Positions 62,560 to 64,000 of a stretch of 64,000 nt of DNA are shown in pieces. The notes below the pieces were generated by a model, which was given only the letters and a program-made list of their open reading frames with translations, had not been told where the DNA came from and made no database searches. Positions within the stretch are counted from its first letter, which is position 1. Each line of letters opens with the position of its first letter. A program made the translations under genes and the position numbers. The stretch is from Octopus sinensis (Eukaryota), in the NCBI RefSeq assembly GCF_006345805.1, contig NC_042998.1, positions 192,758,001 to 192,822,000 on the forward strand, in the 5' to 3' direction.

Positions 62560-62930
62560 GCGTCGACGAGATTGTTAGCTTGATTTGTGTCTTCTTTGTG
62601 AAGTCTGTTTACTTCTTGTCGAATCAATTCGCCATCAGATTAGTTAAACTTTCGGTGTTTAGCATTTACAGGGTTTATATATGGCGACGGATTAGAAAAC
62701 TCCGTTTCACGATCGATTTTTAATGAAGCCAAATTACAGACCTTTAATTCCTCTAGGAGTTTAGTATCACGAAGATTTTTGCCTTGAGGCCTAGCTCACA
62801 ATATTTCTTGATCAGCGTAGTCAATTTCACTGAAAATATCGATATCCTATTCGTATAGCTATTATTCGACTAACTTCCAAAACCTTCTGTGACAACAAAT
62901 CCTTTTAGTGTCGCTCTGCAAATTGTTAAG
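62560..62930 (-). mobile_element. Gypsy-like LTR retrotransposon protease-RT linker remnant
   Basis: CNLASLKIDRETEFSNPSPYINPVNAKHRKFN*SDGELIRQEVNRLHKE resembles the pre-RT region of Gypsy pol. Confidence 0.45.
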
Positions 62931-62964
62931 TCAATGATAGCCTGCTTTCTTTTAAAGTAGACGG

Positions 62965-63009
<45 letters not shown>

Positions 63010-63010
<1 letters not shown>

Positions 63011-63300
63011 GTAGGGAGAATTCACGAAAAAAAACAAAAGACAAAGACAGGTGGTGTAGAAAACAAACAGATGTATTAGTATAACGCTCAGGAATAGAAA
63101 AAATCTTTTACGTTTCGAGCCTACGCTCTTCTACAGAAAAAGCAAGGAGAGAAAAAAATGTGTGTAGTGGCTAGCGATCTATAATGGCGACTTCCGGACA
63201 GAAGGGTCACACAGGAGAGCGAAGAAAGTTGGGGAGATAACAAAGTAAAGATGACCCCCAACACGAAGGTGCGTGTGTGTATAAGAGATAACTATGTATT
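63010..63300 (-). mobile_element. Penelope-like pseudo-LTR fragment with hammerhead-like motif
   Basis: Reverse complement of 54865-55065. Confidence 0.6.
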
Positions 63301-63365
63301 TATATATATATGAAATATTGAATTTCTAAATCTCTCGTAGAGACATGTACGGTGGTGGGGCGATA

Positions 63366-63632
63366 GAATGGTTGTATACTGTCAATCTAACAAGAACGTG
63401 ACAGTAGGGGGTACACCACCGTTGTATAGCCCTAGGACAATGATCCTGAAACACGGTGTCCCTAGATGCAGTTCCGACGGCCGGGGGTGTTTGTCTCCCC
63501 TTCGTATATGTATATAAGGACACAGGGAAAAAATGTGTCGAAGCTGTCAGGAGGCGTTCGATGCCTCCTAGGGCTATACAACGGTGGTGTACCCCCTATT
63601 GTCACGTTCTTGTTAGATTGACAGTATACAAC

Positions 63633-63637
<5 letters not shown>
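63366..63637. mobile_element. MITE with 71-bp TIRs and TA TSD
   Basis: 63366-63436 is the reverse complement of 63567-63637 with 1 mismatch. Confidence 0.85.
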
Positions 63638-63693
<56 letters not shown>

Positions 63694-64000
63694 AGCAGGG
63701 CCAACAATAAACATTTGGAAAAATTTCCTAATTTCCTAAGGCACTAAAATCTGGGGACGTTGTCGAAAATTCTAAAGAACTTATACAAAATGTCTTAAAT
63801 CCTACTAAAATCACGAAATTGTTGCTATAAAGAAACTAGGATAAGTCACTGCCAGAACAGAGGAGGATGGAGGACATAGAGTTGGGGCTGGTGTTCTGGC
63901 TTTTCACATAATTTGGCATGAAACATTAAAATGCTGCCAATTAACAGATTTTCTTGTTGATAAGCATAATTATAATATTATAGATTTCTTGTGCGCAAAT

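Overview
AT-rich, microsatellite- and transposon-dense animal genomic DNA. The SINE/LINE families look like those of Octopus (coleoid cephalopod); this is recall-based inference, not a search result. The left ~26 kb is CpG-depleted and holds two convergent, small-exon, unidentified gene candidates reconstructed by eye from splice sites: a + strand 3' portion (exons 7814-11227) and a - strand gene (exons 25863 down to 13579, possible first exon and promoter near 27.6-27.95 kb). The right ~38 kb is CpG-normal and appears intergenic, with tRNA-derived SINEs (some multimeric), LINE fragments (RTE, CR1, Tx1, R4/Dong, NeSL-like), Merlin-like and other MITEs, Helitron-like elements, Penelope-like repeats and one Gypsy-like remnant. 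Most ORFs in the supplied track are artefacts of (TA)n/(CA)n repeats or TE fragments. The best leads are minimal hammerhead-ribozyme-like motifs (two with a variant core), a pre-miRNA-like hairpin, SINE multimers under one TSD, a 95-bp TSD, a double-DRE palindrome at the methylation boundary, and several long fold-back hairpins. No prokaryote-type system or CRISPR array was seen. Many repeat boundaries are approximate.
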